From the NCBI GenBank assembly GCA_964247055.1, contig OZ176056.1:5332001-5396000 (forward strand): a stretch of DNA of 64,000 nucleotides, written 5' to 3'. This DNA is from Paragordius varius (taxonomy: Eukaryota > Animalia > Nematomorpha). Under the pieces are notes generated by a model. It saw only the letters and a list, made by a program, of their open reading frames with translations, did not search any database and was not told the DNA's origin. The translations under genes were made by a program, and so were the position numbers. Position 1 is the first letter of the stretch. The number at the start of each line of letters is the position of its first letter. This document shows, piece after piece, positions 13,531 through 27,318 of the stretch.

Positions 13531-14034
13531 CTAGAATTATTATGAAAAATAAAGTCTTAAATTTATATAATTATATTATAAAAAGTATCATTATAAGGTT
13601 TCAATTTTTCTGTAGAATATCCCGTGCCTCTAAGTATGCAATTAAGCAATTACGCATGATTAAAATAAATAGGCTGTTAAATTTTTTTGCATATTTTGTA
13701 TACTTTTTACACCGAATTAAGCATGATATAATTAAATAAGAAAATAATTAATAACATAAAATTTTTTTAAAACTAATTTGTATAAATATCCTTTTACGAT
13801 AAAATTATGCGCCATTAAAATCAAATAATATGTTTATAAGGCGCACTTTTTTTAAAAAAACTTTAAAGTATTAGTTAACTATGTGTTTTTCAATTCAATT
13901 TATAATAACAAAGTTTGCCTCAACATATGTTAAATCATAAATAGTAAAAATTCTATGATCTCTGCACTTAAATTATTGATGTTTTTAGTAATTCCAAGAT
14001 CTTAGCAAATAAATCAATTAAAAAAAATAAATAC

Positions 14035-14097
14035 CAGCCATAGTATTTGATTTTCCATTTTCTTTAGCTTCCATCCCAGATCCCCTATTTGCTACTT
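14035..14097 (-). CDS. Micro-exon type B, 63 nt
   Basis: atatccag| (E)VANRGSGMEAKENGKSNTMA |gtattt. Confidence 0.7.
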
Positions 14098-14821
14098 CTG
14101 GATATTTTAAAATATATACTCTATAATTGATATATCTAAGTTAATGGTAAATCGGTCAAAAATGTAGTTTTTATAATTTAGAGAAAACCCACTATATCTC
14201 TCAATCGGAAAATATATAATCTCAAAATGATGATTTTCAGCAGTCGGCTATTAAAGAATAAATTGATATAATTTTTACAACAAGTAAGTAATGTGGTGAA
14301 CATCAGATGTTTAAATAATTTACATTTTTAAATCTAATAATTTGACTTTTATTGAAAAAGCTTTCAAATAATATATATAAAAAAGTTTAATAATCCATCA
14401 CATTGAAATAATTAAATTTAATTTAATTTCTTGAATATAATCGGACTTTCATCAAAATTTAATTATTTAAAAATATTTTCAAACTTGACCTCATCGGAGT
14501 TAAATAATATGTTTGCAAAATTATTCTGCATAATAAGATATTTACAATTTCACCTAAGCAAACTTTACAATTGGGGATTTATAATTATCAATCCATTTAA
14601 AGAGAATCTTATGTTATTTGTTCGGTGACTTTTTAGTTCATGTCACCTAAGTTTACTGCAAAATCAATTTCTGCCCTTATTTTGGTGTTATGTTACATTT
14701 CTGAATAAGACCATAAATATGATAATATAAATAATAAATTAATTAGACAATGTTACTCTAAATTATATCGAACAATGATATAACAAATATAACTTTTAGC
14801 TATTATACGATAAAATTATAC

Positions 14822-14866
14822 CTGTATTTGTTGTACTGTTAGCAGGAACATCCATCTTTTCTTCGT
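14822..14866 (-). CDS. Micro-exon type A, 45 nt
   Basis: atttgaag| (D)EEKMDVPANSTTNT |gtataa. Confidence 0.7.
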
Positions 14867-15566
14867 CTTCAAATATTATTTAGAGTAAAGTATGTAATAT
14901 TTTACATTGTTATATTAATACTAAAACATCATCAATAAAATGCAAGGTCTAAAATTTATAAGAATATATTGCAAGTGGCGGAACTATAAACTGTGGGCAC
15001 CCCCGCAAGCTTTAAATATTGGCCAACCTTTACCCCAAAAAAATCGTTTAAAGTTATCTTTTGACCTGCGTCTCACTTAGATTCCTCAAATATTTAAACC
15101 TACCCTACTATGAAGACTAAATTCCTAATTCATAAATGGGACTGCTTGTTAAGTATCGCTTTCTTAATTTTGATTGGCATGCTCACATATTCGTTGATAT
15201 AAACACCTTGTCAACATATGCGTAGAATACGGGCCTATCTAGGAATAGCAGTTGGAAAACTGCTTAAATATAAATGAATTGCTAAAAATTATTTTTTCGG
15301 AATTCGGATAAATAAAATTTTGACATTTTATTAGTCGGAATAAAATATTTTTTATGGTATAGTGGTTTTTTGATATTATAATAAGAGGGCTTTGAACCGG
15401 TCCTTAAAAAGTGGAATTAGAAATGGTCTTTAATTTGAAAATGAATCTTTTCTTAAAACAGCAACAGGTTCCAATACGACTTGATAAATATGAAAGAATG
15501 GATTGATTAAATGGAACATTAATGTGCGTACCGCCAAGTTTTTAAATTTTAAGAATGGTCCATTAA

Positions 15567-16129
15567 CACTTGGATACAACATACTCATTTTAGTCCTTCG
15601 ATTCAAATTGGGGTAGTTCGATACCCCAGGCCTGTTTAAAATCAAATACTTCAAAAAGTATGGAAGCAATCGAAAACATGGCAAAATTTTGCACTTATAT
15701 AACATTAATAAACCGAAATATATAAAAAAATTTATTCAAAACTACTTGATATTACTTATTTTGAGCTAAAACTGAAAGGTAAAAATTTAGTCAGCGTGAA
15801 ATGTGTCAAATTGTAAAATTATAAAATAATACAAATTAAACCGCTTTTTCTACTTCTATCAATGTTAGATGTAATTTATATATGAAATACTTTAGTTTTA
15901 CCCTTAAAATTAAATGAAGACGATATTTTGCAAAATTTGTGTAATCGAAGTAGTTTGAGATGGAACTTTTTTTTCCAAAAAAATTTTATCTAAATATTTT
16001 GGCTTTATATAATATTTATCAGGATAGAAGCATAAATTTAAATTGGGACCGTTTCCTTCAGTAATTATTTAAAAATTTTAATTTAAATTTAGTCTGGGGT
16101 ATTTAGATATCCCAATTTGTATCGAAGTG
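15567..16129. mobile_element. ~560-bp MITE inserted at a TTAA site inside hAT-1
   Basis: ccaTTAA|CACTTGGATACAA ... TTGTATCGAAGTG|tgtaaattgcc; the empty site ccattaaaattgc is seen at ~138 and elsewhere. Confidence 0.75.
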
Positions 16130-16186
16130 TGTAAATTGCCGAACAACTGTTATTAAAATAAACTTTTTGCTATTAAATGAAAAATC

Positions 16187-16242
16187 CAATTGAATTAGTA
16201 TTATTTTTAGCGGCACATTGTCCATGTTTTTTCCTTCGGAAT
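16187..16242 (-). pseudogene. Dead A-type micro-exon (56 nt, frameshifted, donor lost)
   Basis: Length is not divisible by 3 and the donor reads GA instead of GT; duplicate at 40525-40580. Confidence 0.6.
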
Positions 16243-17121
16243 CTTAAATATTATTTAGAGTGAAGTATTTAATAATATCCATTGTTTTATTAATACCAAC
16301 AGTAATAAAATGCGAGATCTAAAATTCATATGAATATATTGCCAAAAGGGTTTTGTAATCAAAAAATATACCCTTATAGCCTCATAATCATTAAACGCTA
16401 CTAGTTTTATAAATCTAAAAAAGCGTTTTTATTGATTGATGAAATATTTGTATTGTTTGAGAAAAATGCTATAAATAAATGGGAATATCGATCAAAGTGT
16501 TTCGACTGTTTGGGAAAAACATCATATTGACTGGTAAAACGTTTCGATTGAATATGATTGTTAAACATACATCAATTACAGTATGATTACACATTTATTT
16601 CAAGATAACAACTCAATTTAATAATTATATTTTGGAATTAACTAATCAAAACTTTGTTTCAGATATTAATACAGGCGATTCAGTGTAAATTATTTTTATA
16701 GCAGATGTATTTATCACAATTGACTTCGCGATCCGCATTTTAGGATCAAAAATCCGAAGGGTCACATTATCGAAATTGAGCACAAACATTTTAATTAATT
16801 TTTAACATGACTGTAAAAACTAATATTTATTTACATAATGTTATTAATTTTTGCCAAAATTATCGAAATAGGAAAATTTGTTTTGGAAACAAAATTTTTT
16901 GATCCCAAATCTATATAAATGGTTAGAGACCGGAGGATGATAGGCTGTTTAACACCCTGTGTAGTGTACTACCTTAATTGTGATACCATGTATTAAAATA
17001 ATATCCACATAAACGTGAAAATAAATTTAAGAAATAACTTTTATATAAAATATTTTTACTATAAAATATATTAATGAACCACTAATAAAAGAACTTTTGC
17101 CATTTGTAATATATAATCTAC

Positions 17122-17181
17122 CAGTTGTAGTGTTATGGGCTTCAAACTCACCATTGGTTTCATTCTTATTTTGTTTTGACC
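17122..17181 (-). CDS. Micro-exon type C, 60 nt
   Basis: aactatag| (G)SKQNKNETNGEFEAHNTTT |gtagat. Confidence 0.7.
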
Positions 17182-17684
17182 CTATAGTTATTATTTTAAT
17201 TAAATTTTAATATATAATTATATTCATAAAAGATTCAATTTTTCTGCAGGATACCCTCTGCTAAGTATGCAATTACAATTACGCATGATCGAGATAAATT
17301 GGCCGTTAATATTTTTGTAGAGTTTGTATACTTTTTTAACAAAACACCGAATTCAGCATGATAAAATTTAATAAGAAAACAATTAATAACATTAATTTTT
17401 AAAAAACTAATTTGTATAAATATCCTTTTACAATAAAATTATGCGCCATCAAAATCAAATAATATGTTTATATGGCGAACTATTTAAAAAAACTCTAATA
17501 TTAGTTAACTATGTGTTTTTTAATTCAATATATACTAACAATGTGTGCCTCAACATATATCAAATCATAAATAGTAAAAATTCTATGATCTCTGCACTTT
17601 AATTATTAATGATTTTAGTTCGAATATTTTTTTTAAAAAATATTTACAAGATCTTGGCAAATAAATCAATTAAAAAATAAATAC

Positions 17685-17747
17685 CAGCCATAGTATTTGA
17701 TTTTCCACTTTCTTTAACTTCCATCTCAGATCCATTATTTGCCACTT
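17685..17747 (-). CDS. Micro-exon type B, 63 nt
   Basis: atatccag| (E)VANNGSEMEVKESGKSNTMA |gtattt. Confidence 0.7.
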
Positions 17748-18375
17748 CTGGATATTTTAAAATACATACTATATATTTGATATAATATAGATATTGTTAA
17801 ATTGGTCATAAATGTAGTTTTTATAATTTAGAGACAACCCACTATATCTCTCAATCGGAAAATATGTAATCTCAAAATGATGATTTTTAGCAGTCGGCTA
17901 TTTTTAAAGAATTTGATATAATTTTTTACAACAAGTAAGTAAAGTGTGTGAACATCAGATGTTTAAATAATTCTCATTTTTAAATTTAATAATTTGGTTA
18001 TAATTTTTTGAATATAATCGGACTTTTATCAAAATTTAATTATTTTAAGAATTTGAAAATGATTTTTCAAATTTGGCCTCATCGGAGTTTAATAAGCAAA
18101 TTTTACAATTGGAGGTTTATAATTATCAATCCATTTAAAGAGAATCTTATGTTATTTGTTTTATAAGCGGTGACTTTTAAGTTCATGTCATCTAAGTTTA
18201 CTGTAAAATAATTTTTTGAATTTGGCCACCACTGCCCTTATTTTGGTGTTATGTTACATTTCAGAATAGGACCATATGATAATATAAATAAAAAATTAAT
18301 AATGCTACTCAAAATTATATTTAACCATTGATATAAGAAATATAACCTTTAGCTATTATACGAAAAAAAATATAC

Positions 18376-18420
18376 CAATTGTATTAGTATTATTAGCAGG
18401 ATTGTCCATGTTTTCTTCGT
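18376..18420 (-). CDS. Micro-exon type A, 45 nt
   Basis: atttaaag| (D)EENMDNPANNTNTI |gtatat. Confidence 0.7.
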
Positions 18421-19897
18421 CTTTAAATATTATTTAGAATAAAGTATTTAATATTTTACATTGTTATATTAATACTAAAACATCATTAATAAAATGCAAG
18501 GTCTAATATTTATAAGAATATATTGCAAAAAGGGTTGTGCAGTTATATAGCCTCACACAGTGGTGGAACTATAAATTGTGAGCCACCCCCCAAGCTTTAA
18601 ATACTGGCCAACCTTTGCCCCCAAAAAAATCGTATGAAGTTATCTTTTGACCTGGCGCCTCACTTAGATTCCTAAACATATATTTAAACCCATCCTACTA
18701 TGATTAAATTCCTAATTCATAAGACAGCTTGTTAAGTGAAGCTTTCTCTATTTTTGGCATGCTCACATATTCGTTGATATATACACATTGTCAACATATG
18801 CGTAGAATACGGGCCTATCTAGGAATAGCAGCAGGGAAACTGCTTAAATATAAATTAATTGCTAAAAGTTATTTTTTCGGAATTCGGATAAATAAATTTT
18901 GACATTTGTTTAGTCAGAATAAATTATTTTTTATGATAATATGGTTTTTTGATATTATAATAACGGGGCTTCGAACCGATCTAAAAAAGTGGAATTAGAA
19001 CCGGACTTTAATTTTAAAATGAATCCTTCCTAAAACAGCAACAGGTTCCAATACGACTTGATAAATATGTATTAATTAATGTATTGATTAAATGGAACAT
19101 CAATGTGCGGACCGCCAAGTTTAAATTTTGAGAATGGCCCTCTTAAATTGCCGACCACTGTTTTAGTGTGTGATGAAAGTTTATCGAAAATTTGTTAACT
19201 AAAGTTAAATTTCGAAATAACATGAATCAAAGTTAAAAATATTAGACAAATAATGCACATTTGTATATCAGCTAACAAATGTTAGCCAATTCTCTTAATA
19301 ATAAAATATGTGAAATAACAATCATTCTGTTAAAATTTAATGAATGTCCTTCGGATTGCATTAAAAAACATTTTTTACAAAATTAAGGTTATTCATACAT
19401 TGATGTAAAAGGAATTGGCCAACAATAATGTGAGTTGACCTGCATAAATTGCATATATAATCGAATTACACATTTTTTTCAAGGCAACAACTAAACTTCA
19501 CAACTATATTTGGGAGTCAACTAGTTAAATTGTTTCAGATATTTATACAGTATAACCTGATAAGTTTAATTTTTGGGTTTAGAGCAGATAAAATTAACAC
19601 AAATGATTATCCAGCCCTTTTGAATCAGAAAATTTGAAATTATACATACGCAAAAATGACAAATATTTCAATTTTTAAAATATGACTTACACAATGATGT
19701 TACTCCTTATCAAAATTAGGAAATCGGAAATATTGTTTTAAAGAAGCAATATTATTTGATTGCGTTAAAGCTATAGAAATGGTTAGGGAACCTTATGCGG
19801 ACGATGAGCCGCGTTTTTAACAACCCCTTAAAGCACTACCTCTTTAAATCAAAAAATATCTATAATTACTTTTGCCATTATGTAATATAAAATCTAC

Positions 19898-19951
19898 CAA
19901 TTGGAGTACGGTCAGGCTGTCCACTCGATTCACTCTTTTTTTCTTTTGCCA
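19898..19951 (-). CDS. Micro-exon type C, 54 nt
   Basis: aactttag| (V)AKEKKSESSGQPDRTPI |gtagat. Confidence 0.7.
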
Positions 19952-20635
19952 CTAAAGTTATTATGAAAAATAAAGTCTTAAATTTATATAATTATATTAT
20001 AAATTATATCATTATAAGATTTCGATTTTTCTGTAGGATATCTGATAAAAAATTGAAACTTTTTACATTATCACTGGATTCACTGTTATTTTATTTTGAC
20101 ACGAAAGATATTATTTTAAATGAATAAATTTATATAATTATAATTATAAAATATATCAATATGAGGTTTCAATTTTCCTGTAGGATAACCCTTGCCTCTA
20201 AGTATGCAATTAAGCTATTACGCATGATTCAGATAAATAGGCTGTTAAATTTTCTTGCATTTTTTGAACAAAACACCGAATTCGGATGTTAAAATTGAAG
20301 AAGAGAATAATTAAAGACATATCATAATAAGTAGTTACAACAAAACCGATTTGTTTAATAATCTTTTTATGTTTAAATTAATATAAAATAGCCTACTAAA
20401 ATTTTTTCGATATAGTGCCATACCGCTAATGATAACAACAATTTACTAAACTTAGAATGTGCTTTTAATACTAACAAAATATAGTGCCTCATCATATATC
20501 AAATCATAAATAGTAAAAATTCTATGAGCTTTAAGACACTATAACTATTGATGATTTTAGTTACAATCCTTTTTTTTCAAAGAAAATTTGTATCAAAGAT
20601 CTTGGCAAAAAATTAATTGAAAAAAAAATAAATAA

Positions 20636-20698
20636 TAGAGAAAGTAGTTGGTTTTCCACTTTCTTTAGATTCCATCTCAGCTCCATCATTTGTTACTT
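20636..20698 (-). pseudogene. B-type micro-exon with lost donor (GT>TT)
   Basis: ctccag| (E)VTNDGAEMESKESGKPTTFS |ttattt, 63 nt. Confidence 0.55.
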
Positions 20699-20960
20699 CT
20701 GGAGATTTTAAAATACATAATATATAATTAATATTTCCTATTTATTTTAAATTGCTAAATCGGTTATAAATGTAATTTTTATAATTTTCATACATTTACT
20801 AGATCTCTTAATTGGATATTAAATAACTCAAAATGATTTTATGCTACGAAGAATTTTGTTTTCTATAACAGCAATTAACAAATGTCAGGACAATCAGATT
20901 GTTCTTAATTAATTTATATTATTATAAGAAAATCAATTATTTGGCTACTTTTGTTGATTT

Positions 20961-20982
20961 CACACACACACACACATATATA

Positions 20983-21028
<46 letters not shown>
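20961..21028. repeat. (CA)n(TA)n compound microsatellite
   Basis: Seen directly. Other (TA)n tracts lie near 4230, 8401, 28545, 32700, 52670, 53195, 53420 and 56186. Confidence 0.9.
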
Positions 21029-21031
<3 letters not shown>

Positions 21032-21626
21032 TAAAGTGTAATAAACCATCAGATTGAAATAATTAAAAATATTATATAAAATTTAATATTATTAATTAGA
21101 CTTTCATCTACATTTAATTATTTGAAGAATTTAAAAATTATTTTTCAAACCTTGCGTCGTCGGTGTTTTAAAATATGTTTGCAAAATTATTATACATATA
21201 AAAATAGTTTCACCTAACAAGAAACTTTACGATTGGGGTTTATAATAATCAATCCATTTAAAGAGTATTTTATGTTATTTGTTCTATAAACGGTGACTTT
21301 TAAGTTATTGTCATCTATTTTAGTGTAAAATTAATTTTTTGGATTTGGACACCACTGCCCTTATTTTGATATTATGTTGCATTTCATAATATCACCATAT
21401 ATATGAGAATATATAAATAAAAAATTAATTAGAAGACATTATTACTCAAATTATATTACATTGAGAAGTCTGCGATTACTATTGACGAAAGGGTATATCG
21501 TTTATATTTTATATTCATAATTATATTTCTAATTTTCTATATAATTTTTGATTATGATTGTCCTAAGGATGCAACTGTTATTAAAATATACTTTTTGCTA
21601 TTATACGTTTGAAATTAAAAATATAC

Positions 21627-21665
21627 CAGTGTTCCTGTTAGCCGGCGCATTGTCCTTTCCTTTGT
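21627..21665 (-). CDS. Micro-exon type A, 39 nt
   Basis: atttaaag| (D)KGKDNAPANRNT |gtatat. Confidence 0.7.
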
Positions 21666-22593
21666 CTTTAAATATTATTTAGAAAGTATTTAATAATTTA
21701 CATTATTATATTAATACTAAAACATCATTAATAAAATGCTAGATCTAATATTTATGAATTATTCAACAATTCGTCGTAAATATTGCAAAAAAGGGTTGTG
21801 GAGTCAAATACTATATTCAGCCTTATAATCATTAAACGCTACTTGTTTTAGAAATCTATAAAAGCGTTTTTATTGATTGAGAAAATATTTGTCCTGTTTG
21901 GGGATAATGTTATAAATAAATGGGAAATTCGATCAAATTGTTTCGATTGTTCGGAAAAACTTAATGGACTAGGAAGACGTTCCGTTTGATTGGGTAAACA
22001 TTTAATTCAATATGATTGTTAAACATATACAAATAACAGCATGATTACACATTTATTTCAAGCCAACAACTAAACTTTACAATTATATTTGGGGGTCGAC
22101 TATTTAAGACTTATATATATATATCTATTTTCAGATATATAATACAAGAGAATAATAACCCTGACTTATGATGTAATTTATTTTTTTTGGTTTAAAGCAA
22201 ATGTATTTAACACAAATCAATTCTCGAGCTACATTTTAGTATCCATACTGAATGGCACATTCGGAAAATTGTTTTTAACATTATTACTGTTAAACTATTA
22301 TTTAATTACACAATTTGTTCTTATCAAAACTCCGAAATCGGAAAATATGTTTAGGAATGCCATATTATTTGATTGCATCAAGGCTATAGGACCGCATGCG
22401 GATGATAGCGTTTTTAACACCTCTGTGTAGATCCCTACCTTAATTGTGATACCATGCATTAAAATAATATCCCCATAAATGTGAAAATAAATTTAAAAGA
22501 TAACCTAAAAAAGTTATTTTTACATTAAAATATATTAAAAAACCACTGAAAAAAATTAAAACTTTTTGCCATTATGTAAAATATATAATCTAT

Positions 22594-22653
22594 AAGTTGT
22601 AGAGTTATGGAATTCGAGCTCACCACTGGATTCACTCTTATTTTCTTTTGACA
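22594..22653 (-). pseudogene. C-type micro-exon with lost donor (GT>AT)
   Basis: aaattag| (V)SKENKSESSGELEFHNSTT |atagat, 60 nt. Confidence 0.55.
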
Positions 22654-23246
22654 CTAATTTTATTTTAAATAAGGTCTTAAATTTATATAATAATATTTAT
22701 GAAATATATCTATGAGGTTTCAATTTTTCTGTAGGATGCCAATTACCTCTAAGTATACAATTAAGCAACATGATTGAGATAAATAGGCCGTTAAAGATTC
22801 TTGTATAATTTGTATACTTTTTTGAACAAAACACCGAATCCAACATGTTAAAATTTAAGAAGAAAATAATTAAAGACAAAACATTAAAATATTTTACAAA
22901 AAAACCAATTTGTATAAATATTCTTTTACGATAAAATTAATATAGCCTACTGAAATTTTTTCATAGTGCCACACCGCTAATGATTCAAACGAATTTTGAC
23001 ATTATTGCGCCATCAATAATCAAATATGTATTTTGGCGAATAACTTCTCTAAAAACTCTAAAGTATTAGTTCTTAGAATCTGTTGAATTGAATGTATATT
23101 AAGTAAATTTAGTGCCTCAACATATCTCAAATCATAAATAGTGACCTTTAAGTCACTGTAATTACTGATGATTTTAGTTGCAATCCTTTTTAAAGAAAAT
23201 TTATTGAGAATCCAAAATCTTGGCAAAATCAATAAAAAATAAATAC

Positions 23247-23309
23247 CAGCCATAGTATTTGATTTTCCACTTTCTGTAGCTTCCATCCCAGATCCATTAT
23301 TTGCCACTT
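23247..23309 (-). CDS. Micro-exon type B, 63 nt
   Basis: atatccag| (E)VANNGSGMEATESGKSNTMA |gtattt. Confidence 0.7.
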
Positions 23310-25240
23310 CTGGATATTTTAAAATACATACTATATAATTGCTATATCTAAACTAATATATCTTGCTAAATTGATCATAAATGTAGTTATTATAATTTAG
23401 AGACAACCCACTATATCTCTTAATCGGAAAATATATAATCTTAAAATAATGATTTTTAGCAATCGGCTATTTTTTAATAATTTGATATAATTTTTTACAA
23501 CAAGTAAGTAAAGTGGTGAACATCAGATGATTAAATAATTCACATTTTTAAATTTAATAATTTCGCCACTTTTGGAAAAGCTTTCATATAGTATATAAAA
23601 TAAAGTGTAATAATCCATCAGATTGAAATAATTAAATTAAATTTAATTTTTTGAATATAATCGGACTTTCATCAAAATTTAATTATTTAAAGAATTTAAA
23701 AATCATTTTTCAAACTTGGCCTCATCGGAGTTTAATAATATGTTTGCAAAATTATTTCTACATAAAAAGATAGTCACCTAACAAGCAAACTTTACAATTG
23801 GGGGTTTATAATTATCAATCCATTTAAAGAGAATCTTATGTTATTTGTTTTATAAGCGGTGACTTTTAAGTTTTGTCATCTAAGTTTACTGTAAAATAAT
23901 TTTTTGATTTTGGGCACCATTATGTTACATTTCAGAATTACCATATTTATGGTTATATTAATACTAAAACATCATAAATAAAATGCAAGGTCTAATATTT
24001 ATAAGAATATATTGCAAAAAGGGTTGTGCAGTTATATAGCCTCATACAGTGGCGGAACTATAAAGTGTGCCCCCCCCCCCCCAAGCTTTAAATACTGGCC
24101 AACCTTTACCCCAAAAAAATCGTTTGAAGTTATCTTTTCACCTGGCGCCTCACTTAGATTCCTAAACATATATTTAAACCTATCCTACTATGAAGACTAA
24201 ATTCCTAATTCATAAATGGGACAGCTTGTTAAGTGAAGCTTTCTTTAATTCGCTATATTCGTTGATATAAACACATTGTCAACATATGCGTAGAATACGG
24301 GCCCATCTAGGAATAGCAGCGGGGAACTGCTTAAATATAAATTAATTGCTAAAAGTTATTTTTTCGGAATTCGGATAAATAAATTTTGACATTTGTTTAG
24401 TCAGAATAAATTATTTTTTATGATAATATGGTTTTTTGATATTATAAAAACAAGACTTCGAACCGGTCCTAAAAAAGTGGAATTAGAACCGGGCTTTAAT
24501 TTCAAAATGAATCGCTTCCTAAAACAGCAACAGGTTCCAATACGACTTGATAAATATGTAATAATGTATTGATTAAATGGAACATTAATGTGCGGACCGC
24601 CAAGTTTTTAAATTTTGAGAATGGCCCATTAAAATTGCTGACCACTGTTGTAGTGTGGTGAAAGTTTATCGAAAATTTGTTAACTAAAGATAAATTTCAA
24701 AATAACATGAATCAAAGGTTAAAAACATGAGACAAATAATGAGTTGGCCTGCATAAATTGCATATATAATCGAATTACACATTTTTTTCAAGACAACAAC
24801 TAAACTTCACAACTATATTTGGGAGTCAACTAGTTAAATTGTTTCCAGATATTCATACATTATAACCTGACTTACAGTTTGATTTTTGGGTTTAGAACAG
24901 ATAAAATTGACACAAATGATATATCCAGCCCTTTTGAATCAGAAAATTTGAAATTATACATACGCAAAATTGACAAATATTTCAATTTTAAAAATATGAC
25001 TTACACAATGATGTTACTCCTTATCAAAATTACGAAATCGGAAATAATGTTTTAAAGAAGCAGTATTATTTGATTGCGTTAAAGCTATAGAAATGGTTAG
25101 GGGACCTTGTGCGGACGATGGGCCGCGTTTTTAACAGCCCCTTAATCACTACCTCTTTAAATCAAAAAATATCTTTTAAAATAATTTTTACATTAAAATA
25201 CATTATTAAACCATAGATAAAACATTGAAACTAAATCTAC

Positions 25241-25300
25241 CAATTGGAGCGCCTCGGTATTCAGGCTGTCCACTCGATTGACTCTTTTTTTCTTTTGACA
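25241..25300 (-). CDS. Micro-exon type C, 60 nt (duplicate of 905-964)
   Basis: Identical exon and splice sites. Confidence 0.65.
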
Positions 25301-26294
25301 CTAGAATTATGAAAAATAAAGTCTTAAATTTATATTATTATATTATAAAAAATATCATTATAAGGTTTCAATTTTTCTGTAGAATATCCCGTGCCTCTAA
25401 GTATGCTATTAAGCAATTACGCATGATTAAGATATATAGGCCGTTGAATTTTCTTGTATATTTTGTATACTTTTTAATGACAAAAACCGTTGGATTAAAA
25501 TTGAAGAAAAAAACAATTAAAGATAAACCATAAAAACTTGTTAACAAAAAAATCAATTTGTATATATCCTTTTACATTAAAAAGATTATATGTTTTAATT
25601 GGTAATAAATATAAATATATTCTCAATAATGAATAGGAAATGTAAAATTTAATATTCAGTTTCCTTAATTGTTTAAAACTTTTTTAAAAGTAGCATATTA
25701 AAAGGTTATTAAATAACATGCTGTGAATTTGGGACTTTTCGATTAGCAGTATGAAAATTTTTCAAATAATTGGTAGCGATTATTAATTCCAATATATTTT
25801 TTATTTGTTAGAAAAATAGTTGAAAATTCTGTTTTAAAAAATAAATTTGATAAAATTTAAGTTATATAGGCATGGGATTATCTGCTAGAATATTAAGTAA
25901 TTTTATTCAAAAGGAAAGACGATTATTAATCGAAATTCTAAAAATGTTGTTACAACAATCATTTTAATCATAAGATAATTTTAAAAAAAATATTAAATAT
26001 AGCCTATTAAAACTTTGTCCATATACTTCCATACAGTTAATGATTCCTATAAATTTTGACATAAATAGTGCGCCATCCATAATCAAATGGTATTTTGGCG
26101 ATTAACTCCTAAAAACTTTAAAGTATTGGTAAACTTAGAATGGTTTTATAATACTAAAAAAATATAGTGCCTCAACATATCTCAAATAAATAGTATCAAT
26201 ACCACTGCAATTCACAATTTAAGTCAAAAATATTTATTTAAATTTGTAGAGATCATTGATTTTAGGCAAAAATATTAATTAAAAAAATTTATAC

Positions 26295-26357
26295 CAGATG
26301 TATTATTTGGATTTAATTTAGATTCCATTTCAATTCCATTTGTACCTTCTTGGGATT
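26295..26357 (-). CDS. Micro-exon type B, 63 nt (duplicate of 1978-2040)
   Basis: Identical exon and splice sites. Confidence 0.6.
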
Positions 26358-27318
26358 CTATAAATTATATAATACATAATGTTTATAAATAAACTTTGTT
26401 AAATCAATTATAAATGTAGTTTTACTGTCTTACCTAGATCTCTCAATCGGAAAACAATGAATTTTTAAATAATGATTTTTATTAATCTATTTTTGAAGAA
26501 GAAAACTTAAAAAAAATATTTATAAATTGTTTTAACTTCAAAAATCCATATCTTAAAAAAAAATAAAAATTTACAAAAAAATTATTAAAATTTATTTAAA
26601 AAAACCAAAATTAAAATTTGTAAATATTATTTATTATGGGGAGAGCTTGTTTATATATGTATTTTTGCAGACAGTTTACCTATTATTTAAACAAAAACTG
26701 TGATTAACCGGTCTAGCTGAGAATGAGGAAAATTTACCATTTTCATTTATAAACAATAATTTTGCCGTATTTAAAAACAAGTGATACCTAAAATTAGAGT
26801 TTTAGTTTATATTTTTGTATGCAATGTTATTCTGAAAACTACTAAAAATACATTTTTGACCATATATTTGGCAGATAAGCATAAAAATTATTTGTCAAAG
26901 GGTATTGTGTGTCTTGGCATCGTATATATGGATCGGATGATGTTAGTATATAGAAATATTAAGTGTCAAACGCCAAAATAACTATATATGCACATGGCTA
27001 TAAAAAGCTTCCTAACAAATTATAAGACAAAACGGACAAATTTTTAATCCTACATTAGGAAAAATATTGAGAAATAACCGAAGCATCACTCAAAAAATAA
27101 AAATATTAATAGTGTTTTTATATATTTCGGAACCATATTAGAATTTTCATATGGGATCAATATTTTGTAATTATATAAACATTGAAAAAAGTCGTATATT
27201 TTTTATGATTAATTAATAAATCATTACATAACTCTTTAGATATCAAACAATTTAAAAACTTGACACTTTTCAATGTACATTTCTTCACTTTTCTAATTAA
27301 ATTAAATCCTTTTTTTTA

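Larger units (their letters stand above)
1..17249 (+). repeat. Segmental duplication, copy 1
   Basis: Near-identical to 24490-41583. Eighteen ORF-track peptides recur identically or nearly so at 24298-24342 bp offsets. Confidence 0.95.

Noticed and set aside
13770-13815. MAHNFIVKGYLYKL on the minus strand as a PH-domain start
   Set aside because: It stops within a few codons and is not conserved in frame across units.
16380-16570. LRR-like ISSINKNAFLDL and 7-aa FP-x5 repeats in the block next to the hAT-1 target site
   Set aside because: They are flanked by stops, and different copies are open in different frames and strands. The ~21-nt DNA repeats explain the peptide periodicity.
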